Assembly (NCBI GenBank): GCA_963716395.1
Contig: OY970309.1
Span: 1,566,485-1,630,484 of the forward strand
Source: an uncultured Fibrobacteria bacterium
GTDB taxonomy: Bacteria; Fibrobacterota; Fibrobacteria; UBA11236
DNA length: 64,000 nucleotides
Reading direction: 5' to 3'
In this document: positions 8,832 through 18,335 of the stretch, piece by piece
Numbering within the stretch: the first letter of the stretch is position 1
How the letters are laid out: each line of letters opens with the position of its first letter
Program-made: the position numbers and the translations under genes
Notes under the pieces: generated by a model
What the model saw: the letters and a program-made list of their open reading frames with translations, nothing else
Told to the model about the DNA's origin: nothing
The model's database searches: none

Positions 8832-10193
8832 ATGGAGGCCATGAAACCCCGCGCGCTGGTGGTCGACGACGAAGCTTCGCTGTGCAGTCTGCTCGAGGTG
8901 TTTTTCGAGCGCCGTGGCTTCGAGGTCGATACGGCCCAAAACCGGCGCGAGGTGCAGAACCTGCTCGGCAAGCCCGAGCCCATGCTGGCCATGGTCGACC
9001 TGGCCCTGGGCAAGGATTCGGGGCTGGCCGTGCAGCAGGATCTCAACGCCCGCTTCACCGCTTTGCCGGTGGTGGTCATGACCGCATACGGCACGGTGGA
9101 AAAGGCGGTGGAGGCCATCAAACTCGGGGCGTTTGATTTCATCACCAAGCCCTTCGACATGGATTTTCTGGGCAAAGTGGTCGACAAAGCCCTGGCCACC
9201 CGCGCCTTGCAGGGCGAAAACCGGGAATTGCGGGCTTTAATCCACCGGCCTGCGGTGGAACTCATCGGATCGTCGCCGGTTCTGGCCACGCTGCGCACGC
9301 GCATCGAGGCCGCGGCCCCGTCCGACAGCACCGTGCTCATCACCGGCGAAAGCGGCACCGGCAAAGAGCTGGTGGCCAAGCTCATCCACCAGAAATCGCG
9401 CCGCGTGGGCAAACCCTTCGTGGTCGTGAATTGCTCGGCGTTGTCCGAAAACCTGCTCGAGTCGGAGCTGTTTGGGCATGTCAAGGGTGCTTTCACCTCG
9501 GCCCATGCCGACAAAGAAGGCCTGTTTTCGGTGGCGGACGGCGGCTCGGTTTTTCTCGACGAGATCGGCGACATGCCGCTCAAAACCCAGGTCAAGCTAT
9601 TGCGCGTGCTACAGGAGCGCGAGGTGACTCCCGTGGGCGGCACCGCCGCGCAGAAGATCGATGTGCGCGTGCTGGCCGCCACCAATGTGGATTTGGAACA
9701 GGCCGTGGCCCAGGGCCGTTTCCGCGAAGACCTGTACTACCGGCTCAATGTACTGCGTCTGCAAACGCCGCGGCTGGCCGACCGCCAGGATGACGCCGTG
9801 ATTCTCGCCACGCATTTTCTGAAGAAGAAAACCCGCGACCGCAAACGCTTTTCCCCCCAGGTGCTGGCCGAGATCAAAGCCTATTCCTGGCCGGGAAACG
9901 TGCGACAGTTGGAGAATGCCGTGGAACGCGCCATCGCCTTCGCACCCGACGAAGTCATCGAAACCCTGGATTTGGATGCACCGCGCGAAGCGCCCGAGAA
10001 GTCCGGGGAGGGCGAACCGGCCCTCGAGGCCGCGGCATTTCCGCCCTCGCTGGTCGAGGTCGAGAAAGCCTACATCCAATGGATTCTGATGCAGCACCAA
10101 TGGCAGAAACCCAAGGCCGCAAAGGTTCTGGGCTTGGATATTTCCACCCTTTATCGGAAAATCGAACGATACGGGTTGAAGCAAAACCCGTGA
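8832..10193 (+). CDS. Sigma-54-dependent response regulator (NtrC/Fis family): receiver + AAA+ + HTH
   Basis: Receiver domain (ALVVDDE...MVDLALGKDSG). Sigma-54 interaction domain ([11 protein letters not shown]; ESELFGHVKGAFT). C-terminal Fis-type HTH. Confidence 0.9.
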   Translation: MEAMKPRALVVDDEASLCSLLEVFFERRGFEVDTAQNRREVQNLLGKPEPMLAMVDLALGKDSGLAVQQDLNARFTALPVVVMTAYGTVEKAVEAIKLGAFDFITKPFDMDFLGKVVDKALATRALQGENRELRALIHRPAVELIGSSPVLATLRTRIEAAAPSDSTVLITGESGTGKELVAKLIHQKSRRVGKPFVVVNCSALSENLLESELFGHVKGAFTSAHADKEGLFSVADGGSVFLDEIGDMPLKTQVKLLRVLQEREVTPVGGTAAQKIDVRVLAATNVDLEQAVAQGRFREDLYYRLNVLRLQTPRLADRQDDAVILATHFLKKKTRDRKRFSPQVLAEIKAYSWPGNVRQLENAVERAIAFAPDEVIETLDLDAPREAPEKSGEGEPALEAAAFPPSLVEVEKAYIQWILMQHQWQKPKAAKVLGLDISTLYRKIERYGLKQNP

Positions 10194-10219
10194 ATTGTGA
10201 ATACCATTTGGGCTTTTCT

Positions 10220-12418
10220 ATGCCGCATTTCCGCCGCCGTCCGGGTCTTGTCTTCGACCGCACACGCCTTTTCCTCGGCGTGCTGTTGGCGGCGGCCCTT
10301 TGTGCCGGAACGGTTCGTGGCGCCACGTCCGATGCCTTGCTGCAGCAATGGCGCCAAGCCCTGGCGGCCCGGTTTCAGTTCGAAAGCGATCATCCCGCCG
10401 CGGCCGCGCTCTTTTCGGGCCGGCGCGATTTTTCCGGAACCGCGGCGTGGCTGGATTCGCTGCGCGGCCCGTTTTGGAATTCGGATTCCACCCTGCGCGG
10501 ATGGAATCTCGTCGCCCAGGCCCTGCTGCTGAACGCCCCACAACCCTCTGCGGCGGATCGCGCCCTCGCGGAACTTTCGCGCCGCTGGGCCGCCTATCCC
10601 GGTTGGTTGTACGAGGCGGCCAAAACCGCCGACCGCGCCGGCGCCGCGCGGCTGGCCGATTCGCTGCGCCTCAATCTGCGCCGGGCTCTCCTGGCGCAAG
10701 GGTACCGGCGTGTGCCGGAATTCGCAGCCGCCAGCCTGTGGACCGGCCTGGAACACATGCGTGTAGGCCGTTATGATCGCGCCCGCGCCGCTTTCGACTT
10801 GGCCGCGGCGTTCGACCCGATTTGCCCGTGGGTTCCCTGGGCCCAGCTCGAAAACTCCATACACGCCTCCGGCCCCTGGCACCTGAATCTGGGGGAGACC
10901 TGGGATTATCTGAGTCAGACCTTTCGGCTGCTGCGTTTTTTCGGCAATCAGTTATTGCTCGCCTACAACGTGCTGCACGCGCTGCGCCTGGGATTTCTGT
11001 ACTTCGGATTTGCCTGCCTGGTGGTTTTGTTCGCGCGCCATTTTTCGCGCCTCGCGCATCCTTGGGCCGAGCGCCTGCCCGGCAACGTCGATTTGCAGGT
11101 ACGCTATGCGGCCATCGCCATGGTGCTCTTGGGTGCAGCCGTGGCCGGCGCCGGCATGGGCATCGCCGCCATGGCGGTGTTCCCCTGGATTTGGCCCCAC
11201 GCCAACCCCGGCGAAAGGCGTCTGATGCGCTGGCTGCTGGCCGGACTGTTTTTACTGCCGGCGGCGCATTGGAGCGAACGCGTTTTGCTGCGGGCTTGGG
11301 ATCCGCAAGATGCCCTGCATGCCTTTCATCTGGCTTCGACGCGCGGCTTTGATCCCGCCGTGCTGCAATTAGCCCGCGAGCAGAAGCCCCGGGATTCTTC
11401 CGACGCGGCGTATCTGGCTTTGGCGCAATCGCTGCAATACAAGAAGCAGGGAAATTACCGGCGCGCCCTGGAAACCGTCGAGGCGGCGCCCGAAAGCACC
11501 ACCGTCCAACCTTTGCTGGAAATTCAAACAGCTGATTTGGCGTTTCTGGGATTCGATTATGCCCGGGCCGAGTCTTTGTTGACGCAAGCCAGTGGTAGGG
11601 CCGGAAACCGCGTCGACCTGTGGTTCAATGCCAGTCAGGCCGCCCTTTTCCAAAACAGTTCGAGCCGCAACAAAGAATATCTCGATCGGGCGGCGTCTGC
11701 CGATGCCACCTTGGTGACGAATTTCCTCAAAGAGAACGACGATTTGTTCGGCTCCAATGTGCCGGCCAACCGGCGGTTGATGGATCCCACGCTCCGCTCC
11801 AGTTCGGTCCTCTACGCGGCGATTTCCAACCGGGGTTGGACGCAACTTTTGACCGCGTCGGTTCCGAGCGGTTTGCTCGTTTTTCCCGGTGGCGTGTGGC
11901 TGGGCCTGTGTCTGGCTGCAAGCGTTCTGGTGTTCGTGCGTGCGCGCCAGAACTTCGTCACCCGGGGCAAGGCGGTCTTCCAATGCAAAATATGCGGAAG
12001 GATTATGTGCCGTACCTGCCGGAAAGGCGTACATTGCGCGCACTGTTTTAAAACCGTATCGGGCGTGGCCGAACCCAAGATGCGGCTGCAATTAATCGAA
12101 CGCCTGCGCCTGCGCAGCCAGTCCTTGACCCTGGTCTTGTTCCGCGCCCTGAATGTGATGGCGCCCGGCAGCGGTTGGCTGTTCCTGGGACGGGCCGATA
12201 CGCATCTTTTGCGCATGCTGTGTGTCTCGATGCTGCTGGCCTGGACGTATCAGGCCCATCACGCCATCCTGGAATATCCGCGCTTCGCGCCGGGCCTCCT
12301 GGTGTCGCTGCCGGGTGTTCTGGTGGTCGCCTATTACGCCGGCACGCTGTGGCGTACCTATCTGTGGCGTAAAGGCGAGTCGCCACCGGTGGCCGCCGAA
12401 ACGGGAGACGGGCTATGA
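10220..12418 (+). CDS. Polytopic membrane protein with helical TPR-like repeats and an embedded Cys-rich zinc-ribbon
   Basis: ATG 10220 gives a signal peptide (MPHFRRRPGLVFDRTRLFLGVLLAAALCAGTVRGA). Several hydrophobic helices. Motif CKICGRIMCRTCRKGVHCAHC (CxxC-x4-CxxC-x5-CxxC) lies between TM segments. No confident family assignment. Confidence 0.6.
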   Translation: MPHFRRRPGLVFDRTRLFLGVLLAAALCAGTVRGATSDALLQQWRQALAARFQFESDHPAAAALFSGRRDFSGTAAWLDSLRGPFWNSDSTLRGWNLVAQALLLNAPQPSAADRALAELSRRWAAYPGWLYEAAKTADRAGAARLADSLRLNLRRALLAQGYRRVPEFAAASLWTGLEHMRVGRYDRARAAFDLAAAFDPICPWVPWAQLENSIHASGPWHLNLGETWDYLSQTFRLLRFFGNQLLLAYNVLHALRLGFLYFGFACLVVLFARHFSRLAHPWAERLPGNVDLQVRYAAIAMVLLGAAVAGAGMGIAAMAVFPWIWPHANPGERRLMRWLLAGLFLLPAAHWSERVLLRAWDPQDALHAFHLASTRGFDPAVLQLAREQKPRDSSDAAYLALAQSLQYKKQGNYRRALETVEAAPESTTVQPLLEIQTADLAFLGFDYARAESLLTQASGRAGNRVDLWFNASQAALFQNSSSRNKEYLDRAASADATLVTNFLKENDDLFGSNVPANRRLMDPTLRSSSVLYAAISNRGWTQLLTASVPSGLLVFPGGVWLGLCLAASVLVFVRARQNFVTRGKAVFQCKICGRIMCRTCRKGVHCAHCFKTVSGVAEPKMRLQLIERLRLRSQSLTLVLFRALNVMAPGSGWLFLGRADTHLLRMLCVSMLLAWTYQAHHAILEYPRFAPGLLVSLPGVLVVAYYAGTLWRTYLWRKGESPPVAAETGDGL

Positions 12419-13497
12419 TCCTTCAAGGCGAACTGCGCGATTTTTCCCTGCCCGACGTGCTGCAACTTTTATGGCAGCAGAAAAAAAGCGGCGCCCTCAC
12501 CGTGACTCAAGCGGGTTCCGAAAAGCGCACGGCGGAAATATTCATCTCGCAGGGAAACATCGTGGGCGTCAGCGTGCAGGGGCGTACACCGGAAAACAAG
12601 ATTCAGGAAATCCTGACCGCTTCCGGCCGGGTGTCGCCGCAGGAAATGGCCGAGCTGGAAACCTTTGCGCGCGACATGGGTCGACCTTTGCTCAGCACGC
12701 TTACGGCCAAGGGGTTGATCCAAGATGCGCAGCGCGAAACGTGGTTTCAAATGGCCGCCGAAGACATGGTGTGCGATTTGTTTGCCTGGAATGACGGACA
12801 ATACGCCTTTTCCACCACCCAGCGCAGCCTGCCGCATGCGCTCGGGACCCTGCGCCTCTCCACCGAGTTCGCTTGCATGGAAGGTATGCGGCGCGTGGAC
12901 GAATGGCCGCATCTCCATGAAGCCCTGACGTCGGATCAAATTGTGTTCCAGGTCACGAGTACGCCGCCCACCGAAGCCTTGGGCGAATGGGAGGCGTTCA
13001 CCTTGGAAGTGGTGAATGGTCGGCGCTCTTTGGCGGAAATCGGGCGCCTGGTCCCTTTCGGCGCTTTCCGGCTTTACGAGTGCATCCTAAATTTGTGGAA
13101 ATCGGGTTGCATCGAACCGACCGGAAGCGTCTCGGCTCAGCCGGCCGAGGCGCTGCCGATCGTGCAACAATCCGATCGGGATCAAAAAACGGCGCTGGTG
13201 CTGGGTTTGGCCGCGGTCTTTCTCCTGTTTATGCTTTTACTGCGGGGTGTGGGGATGTGGGTCGAATTGCAGGGCAACATTCCTCTGCGCCGGGTGGAAA
13301 CGCGTGTGCGCGCCGACTTCGCGCGGCGTAATGCGGAGGTTTTCGTGCTGCAAGACGCCTCTGCAAGGGGGGCGTACCCTCCCGACCTCGACGCCTTGGT
13401 GCGTGCGGGAATGCTGTCGGTGCCCGAAGCCGACGGCCCGGCCGGAGCGCGTTTGCTTTACCACCGTAACGGTGCCCTGGATTTTGTACTGGAATAG
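12415..13497 (+). CDS. DUF4388 domain protein with C-terminal TM segment
   Basis: N-terminus GELRDFSLPDVLQLLWQQKKSGALTV matches the DUF4388 signature (G.L.dfsL.DlLQLL....ktG.L). Hydrophobic segment ALVLGLAAVFLLFMLLL. ATGA overlap with the upstream gene. Confidence 0.65.
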   Translation: MILQGELRDFSLPDVLQLLWQQKKSGALTVTQAGSEKRTAEIFISQGNIVGVSVQGRTPENKIQEILTASGRVSPQEMAELETFARDMGRPLLSTLTAKGLIQDAQRETWFQMAAEDMVCDLFAWNDGQYAFSTTQRSLPHALGTLRLSTEFACMEGMRRVDEWPHLHEALTSDQIVFQVTSTPPTEALGEWEAFTLEVVNGRRSLAEIGRLVPFGAFRLYECILNLWKSGCIEPTGSVSAQPAEALPIVQQSDRDQKTALVLGLAAVFLLFMLLLRGVGMWVELQGNIPLRRVETRVRADFARRNAEVFVLQDASARGAYPPDLDALVRAGMLSVPEADGPAGARLLYHRNGALDFVLE

Positions 13498-13499
13498 CC

Positions 13500-14312
13500 A
13501 TGCCGCTCCTGCTCAAACCCCATCGCGTGGCCTCGCCGGCAGAAATTCTTGAAGCCGATCCCCGTTGCCAGAAATTCGTGCAAAGCTCCACGACGCTGGC
13601 GTATTGCTGTTTACTGATCCGCCGGGGTGACTTGGATTTGGCGCGCCACGTTTGGAAGGTGTTGGCCGAGAACCAAGAGGCCGCTTTCCGCGACGAGTTG
13701 GTGTACTTGCAAGCCTGGATGGACATGAAAGCCCAGGATTTTGCCGCCGCCAAGGCCGCACTCCTGGGCCGCCTGGAAGCCCTGCCGGGCGATATGGCCG
13801 CACTTTCCCTCTTGCAGGCCTGTCTGGTGCTGGAACTGGATGAGAAAGCCCGCGGGTCCGCCAAATCCTACGCGTCTACCAAACCCGCTCCGGTCTTTAC
13901 GTCGCCCTCCGCTCAGGGCGCCATTTCGACACCACCCGGCGCGACGGAAGCGCCGCCCTCCGAAAACAACCCCTATCAAACGGTGCTCTCCGATCCGCAA
14001 ACCCGTGGTCTGGCGTTGTGGTCGGCCGGCGGCGAAGTCGAAAACTTAGGATCGGGCGAAGGGGAAGCGCTCGCCGCTGCGTTACCCGAATTGTTTCCAG
14101 CCTGGTTGGCCGAGGCGGTGGGAAACCTGGAAGGCGGAGAGGCGGTAAAAATCTGCTTCGCCTTTGAACACTGCACCGTCACCACATGGCATGGTGGCGG
14201 TCGGAACGCCGGACTGGTAACCGGGCCCTTGCGGCAATCGTTGCTCACCCTGGCCCGCGCCGAAAAAATTTTCCGCGCGTCCCCGCAGCCTCCGGTCCCG
14301 GAGGTCGCATGA
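13500..14312 (+). CDS. Hypothetical protein (helical N-domain, Pro/Ala-rich linker, small C-domain)
   Basis: 270-aa ORF in operon context. Stop overlaps the next start as ATGA. No recognisable motif. Confidence 0.5.
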   Translation: MPLLLKPHRVASPAEILEADPRCQKFVQSSTTLAYCCLLIRRGDLDLARHVWKVLAENQEAAFRDELVYLQAWMDMKAQDFAAAKAALLGRLEALPGDMAALSLLQACLVLELDEKARGSAKSYASTKPAPVFTSPSAQGAISTPPGATEAPPSENNPYQTVLSDPQTRGLALWSAGGEVENLGSGEGEALAAALPELFPAWLAEAVGNLEGGEAVKICFAFEHCTVTTWHGGGRNAGLVTGPLRQSLLTLARAEKIFRASPQPPVPEVA

Positions 14313-14734
14313 GCGCGGCCCGCACGGCGGCCGAAGTGAATCGCCTTTTGGAAGCGGCCGAGCCCTCCGCCTGTCTCGGATATCTCAGTTTGGTGAACGG
14401 CATCGACGGCGCGGTGTTATTCGACCATCAGGGTTGGGCCATGGCCACGGGCGAAGAAACCACCGAAAACCTGCTTCTCGAAGCGCCGTATTTTCTTTTT
14501 CATTTCCAGGAAGTGCTCCGGAATTTTCAGGAGTTGGGACTCGAGCCGCTGGAGTCCCAAGTCGCGTTTGGCGGCGCGAAATTTTATCTCGTCCTCAATT
14601 TGGAGCGGGAAAGCCGGTTTTTTTTAGTAGTTTCCGGCGCGCGGGGAAGTTACGATCTCTTCAAATACCGGGTGGACCGCGGAGCCCAGGCCATCGTGGG
14701 CCTGCTTCACGGTCGCGGCTATTTCCGGAGTTGA
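14309..14734 (+). CDS. Roadblock/LC7 domain protein (MglB-like), paralogue 1
   Basis: ATG 14309 with GGAGG 4 nt upstream. Pattern LVNGIDGAVLFDHQGWAMATGEE...FYLVLNLERESRFFLVVSGARGSYDLFKY is typical of the Roadblock/LC7 fold. Confidence 0.7.
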   Translation: MSAARTAAEVNRLLEAAEPSACLGYLSLVNGIDGAVLFDHQGWAMATGEETTENLLLEAPYFLFHFQEVLRNFQELGLEPLESQVAFGGAKFYLVLNLERESRFFLVVSGARGSYDLFKYRVDRGAQAIVGLLHGRGYFRS

Positions 14735-14738
14735 ACCC

Positions 14739-15071
14739 ATGCAAGCGGTCTTGGAGCGAATCAACCGGATCAAAGGCGTTAAGGGTTCCAGCATCGTGGG
14801 ATCCGACGGAATCGAAATCGTCTCGGCCTTCCGGGCCCCGGTCCCCTCCGAATTCATCAGCGCCTTGATCGTTTCGATTCAGCAAGCGGCGGCCAAAATC
14901 GTGGCGGCCGCAGAGACCGGCTCTTTGCTGCAAACCATGATTGAAGCGACCGAAGGAAAATTTTTTGTCCAAGTGGTAGGATTGGGATATCTTGTGGTCT
15001 TGGCCGACAGCCAAGCCAACGCGGGATTAATCCGAGTAGAAATAACCCAAGTCAGCCCCTTGATCAAATAA
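14739..15071 (+). CDS. mglB: Roadblock/LC7 domain protein (MglB-like), paralogue 2
   Basis: 110 aa: GVKGSSIVGSDGIEIVSAF...EGKFFVQVVGLGYLVVLADSQANAGLI is a canonical Roadblock pattern. Immediately upstream of the MglA gene, as in characterised mglBA operons. Confidence 0.8.
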   Translation: MQAVLERINRIKGVKGSSIVGSDGIEIVSAFRAPVPSEFISALIVSIQQAAAKIVAAAETGSLLQTMIEATEGKFFVQVVGLGYLVVLADSQANAGLIRVEITQVSPLIK

Positions 15072-15086
15072 GCAGAGGACGATCCT

Positions 15087-16655
15087 GTGGCATCCATCAA
15101 TTACGCAACCCGAGAAATCAGTTGCAAGATCGTGTATTACGGTCCGGGACTGAGCGGCAAAACCACCAATCTGCAAATCATCCACCGCAAAATTCCCGAC
15201 AAGGACAAAAGCGAAATGGTTTCGCTGGCCACTGAAACCGACCGCACCTTGTTTTTCGACTTCCTGCCGCTGGATCTGGGATCGATCAAGGGCTTTTCCA
15301 CCAAGTTCCAGCTTTATACCGTGCCGGGCCAGGTTTACTACAACGCCACCCGCAAGCTGGTGCTGCGCGGCGTCGACGGCGTGGTGTTCGTGGTCGACTC
15401 GCAGACCGACAAGATTCAGGAGAACGTGGAAAGCTTCACCAATCTGCAGGAGAACCTGCGCGAGTACGGGCATGCCATCGAGGCGATTCCACTGGTGCTG
15501 CAATACAACAAGCGCGACCTGCCCAACGTCTATCCGGTGCAGCAATTGAACGACCTGTTCAACAAATGGAACCTCCCCTATTGCGAAGCGGTGGCGGCCA
15601 CCGGGGTTGGCGTGTTCACCACTCTCAAGGCCATCGGCAAATTGGTGATCGACCGCTTCAACGCCAAGTACGCGGGTTTTCAAGGCGCCGGTCGCCGCAT
15701 GCAGCCGGGCCAACGCATGCAGCCTCCGCCGACTTCTCCCGCTCCTTCACCGTCTCGCGGCGATATGCGTCCCTTGCCCACTTCGCCTTTCGGCAGTCCC
15801 ACCGGAATGCCGGGAGGGCCGCGAACCCCGGCTCAGGGGCCCGCCGGTTTTGCTCCGCCGCCGCGCGAAAACCCCTTCGCATCGGCGCCGCCTTCTTTTT
15901 CGCCGGGGGCCCCGGGACCCGGGCACCCGCCGTTCATGATTCCGACACCTTTCCAAACACCTCCGGGAAACGCGCCTTCTCCTGCCGGGGGATTCGCTCC
16001 GCCGCCTCCGCCCGCCCCCAATTATCCGGGCGGCGGTTTTGCCGCCGGCCCGGCACCGTACCCGGGATCCAATGCACCGTTTCCGCCCCCGGGAAATATG
16101 CCCCCGCCGGGCGGATCGCCCGCCCCCGGAGGCATGCCTTCGCGGCCGGGCTTTCCCTCCGCTCCGGGCCCGAGTCCCGGACAGGGTAACATACCGGTTT
16201 CTCCTTTCCTGGATTCGTTCGCCGGTCCCCGGCCGGCCGCCCCGCTGGGCAATCCCGGACCGATTCCGGGATTGCAAACCAGCAACCCGTTCGCGGGGCA
16301 ACGTCCGCCGCCTCCGCCGTTTCCGGCATTCGGCGGCGCGCCACAACCGCAACAGCCGCCACCGCCCCCGTATCCGGGTGGCCCCTTTGCCCCGGGCAAC
16401 ATGCCGTCCATGGGCGGCCCCACCCCTTTCCCCGCACCCAACACACCTTTTCCTCCGACGCGGCCCAACGAACCCGAAGTCGCGCCGCCTCCGCCCCCGC
16501 CCGGGGGGCTGCGCAACAGCTTCGACGACGCCAGCGGTATCGTGTCGACTTATGAAGACGTGCAGCGCAACGAGAATTTCAAAACCAAAAAACTGCCGTT
16601 GCCGGGAGAAAAGAAAAAGGGTTTGTTCGACGGTTTTTTCCGCAAGGACAAATAG
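15087..16655 (+). CDS. mglA: MglA-family Ras-like GTPase fused to ~325-aa Pro/Gly/Ala-rich low-complexity tail with conserved-looking charged C-terminus
   Basis: Residues 1-195 align closely with Myxococcus MglA. P-loop GPGLSGKTT. Switch I TETDRTLFFDF (intrinsic Arg). Switch II TVPGQVYYNATRK. QYNKRDLPN. TGVGVFTTLKA. The reading frame then continues uninterrupted through a Pro-rich region to ...STYEDVQRNENFKTKKLPLPGEKKKGLFDGFFRKDK. Stop 16655, 3 nt before the next start. Confidence 0.85.
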   Translation: MASINYATREISCKIVYYGPGLSGKTTNLQIIHRKIPDKDKSEMVSLATETDRTLFFDFLPLDLGSIKGFSTKFQLYTVPGQVYYNATRKLVLRGVDGVVFVVDSQTDKIQENVESFTNLQENLREYGHAIEAIPLVLQYNKRDLPNVYPVQQLNDLFNKWNLPYCEAVAATGVGVFTTLKAIGKLVIDRFNAKYAGFQGAGRRMQPGQRMQPPPTSPAPSPSRGDMRPLPTSPFGSPTGMPGGPRTPAQGPAGFAPPPRENPFASAPPSFSPGAPGPGHPPFMIPTPFQTPPGNAPSPAGGFAPPPPPAPNYPGGGFAAGPAPYPGSNAPFPPPGNMPPPGGSPAPGGMPSRPGFPSAPGPSPGQGNIPVSPFLDSFAGPRPAAPLGNPGPIPGLQTSNPFAGQRPPPPPFPAFGGAPQPQQPPPPPYPGGPFAPGNMPSMGGPTPFPAPNTPFPPTRPNEPEVAPPPPPPGGLRNSFDDASGIVSTYEDVQRNENFKTKKLPLPGEKKKGLFDGFFRKDK

Positions 16656-16658
16656 CCC

Positions 16659-17144
16659 ATGGGTGATTTCGTCCTCTTCAAAGAGGATGTGGAGCGGATT
16701 CAGAAAATCCTTTCGCATCTGCTGACGGAATCCGCCGCCACCTACGTGCTTTTGATCAACAAAGACGGCAACCTCATCGCCAACGTGGGATTCAGTTCCT
16801 CCATCGACGCGAACAGCCTGGCCGCGCTGGCGGCGGGCAGCTTCGCCTCGACCCGCGCCATTGCGGCGTTGGTGGGGGAAACCGAATTCACCGTGCTGTT
16901 CCATCAAGGCGCGAAAGAGAACATCCACATCTCGCTGGTCGACGAAGACGGAATTCTGGTGCTGATTTTCGACGACCGCACCAATCTCGGCATGGTGAAA
17001 ATGGTGGCCGAGCAGGCACGCCGCAAATTGTCCGAAGTGCTGGACGACGTGCGGGCGAACGAAGTCGACGCGTTGCCTCCGGTGCCCGACGCGGAAAACG
17101 ATGTGGCGGATCGCATCGATTCCCTTTTTCCACCCGGCCCCTGA
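16659..17144 (+). CDS. Roadblock/LC7 domain protein (MglB/MglC-like), paralogue 3, with acidic C-terminal tail
   Basis: ATYVLLINKDGNLIANVGFSSSIDANSLAALAAGSFASTRAIAALVGE...EDGILVLIFDDRTN matches the Roadblock pattern. C-terminal ~40 aa are acidic. Confidence 0.75.
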   Translation: MGDFVLFKEDVERIQKILSHLLTESAATYVLLINKDGNLIANVGFSSSIDANSLAALAAGSFASTRAIAALVGETEFTVLFHQGAKENIHISLVDEDGILVLIFDDRTNLGMVKMVAEQARRKLSEVLDDVRANEVDALPPVPDAENDVADRIDSLFPPGP

Positions 17145-17198
17145 CCCGTTCCGGGGGCGGCGAGTCCGCCGCTTTTCCTTTTCTCCAAGTGCGGGCGC

Positions 17199-18239
<1,041 letters not shown>

Positions 18240-18335
18240 TTTTGCGCGCGGTTTGCCCGTCGGGCACGGCGGTTGGCGTTATATTGATCTTTGAACTATG
18301 GTCAACGCGCCGCGACGTTTCCGCGGGGGGCAAAT

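Noticed and set aside
8501-9685. 394-aa minus-strand ORF
   Set aside because: Antisense shadow of the NtrC-type regulator gene. Ser/Arg/Thr-rich low complexity.
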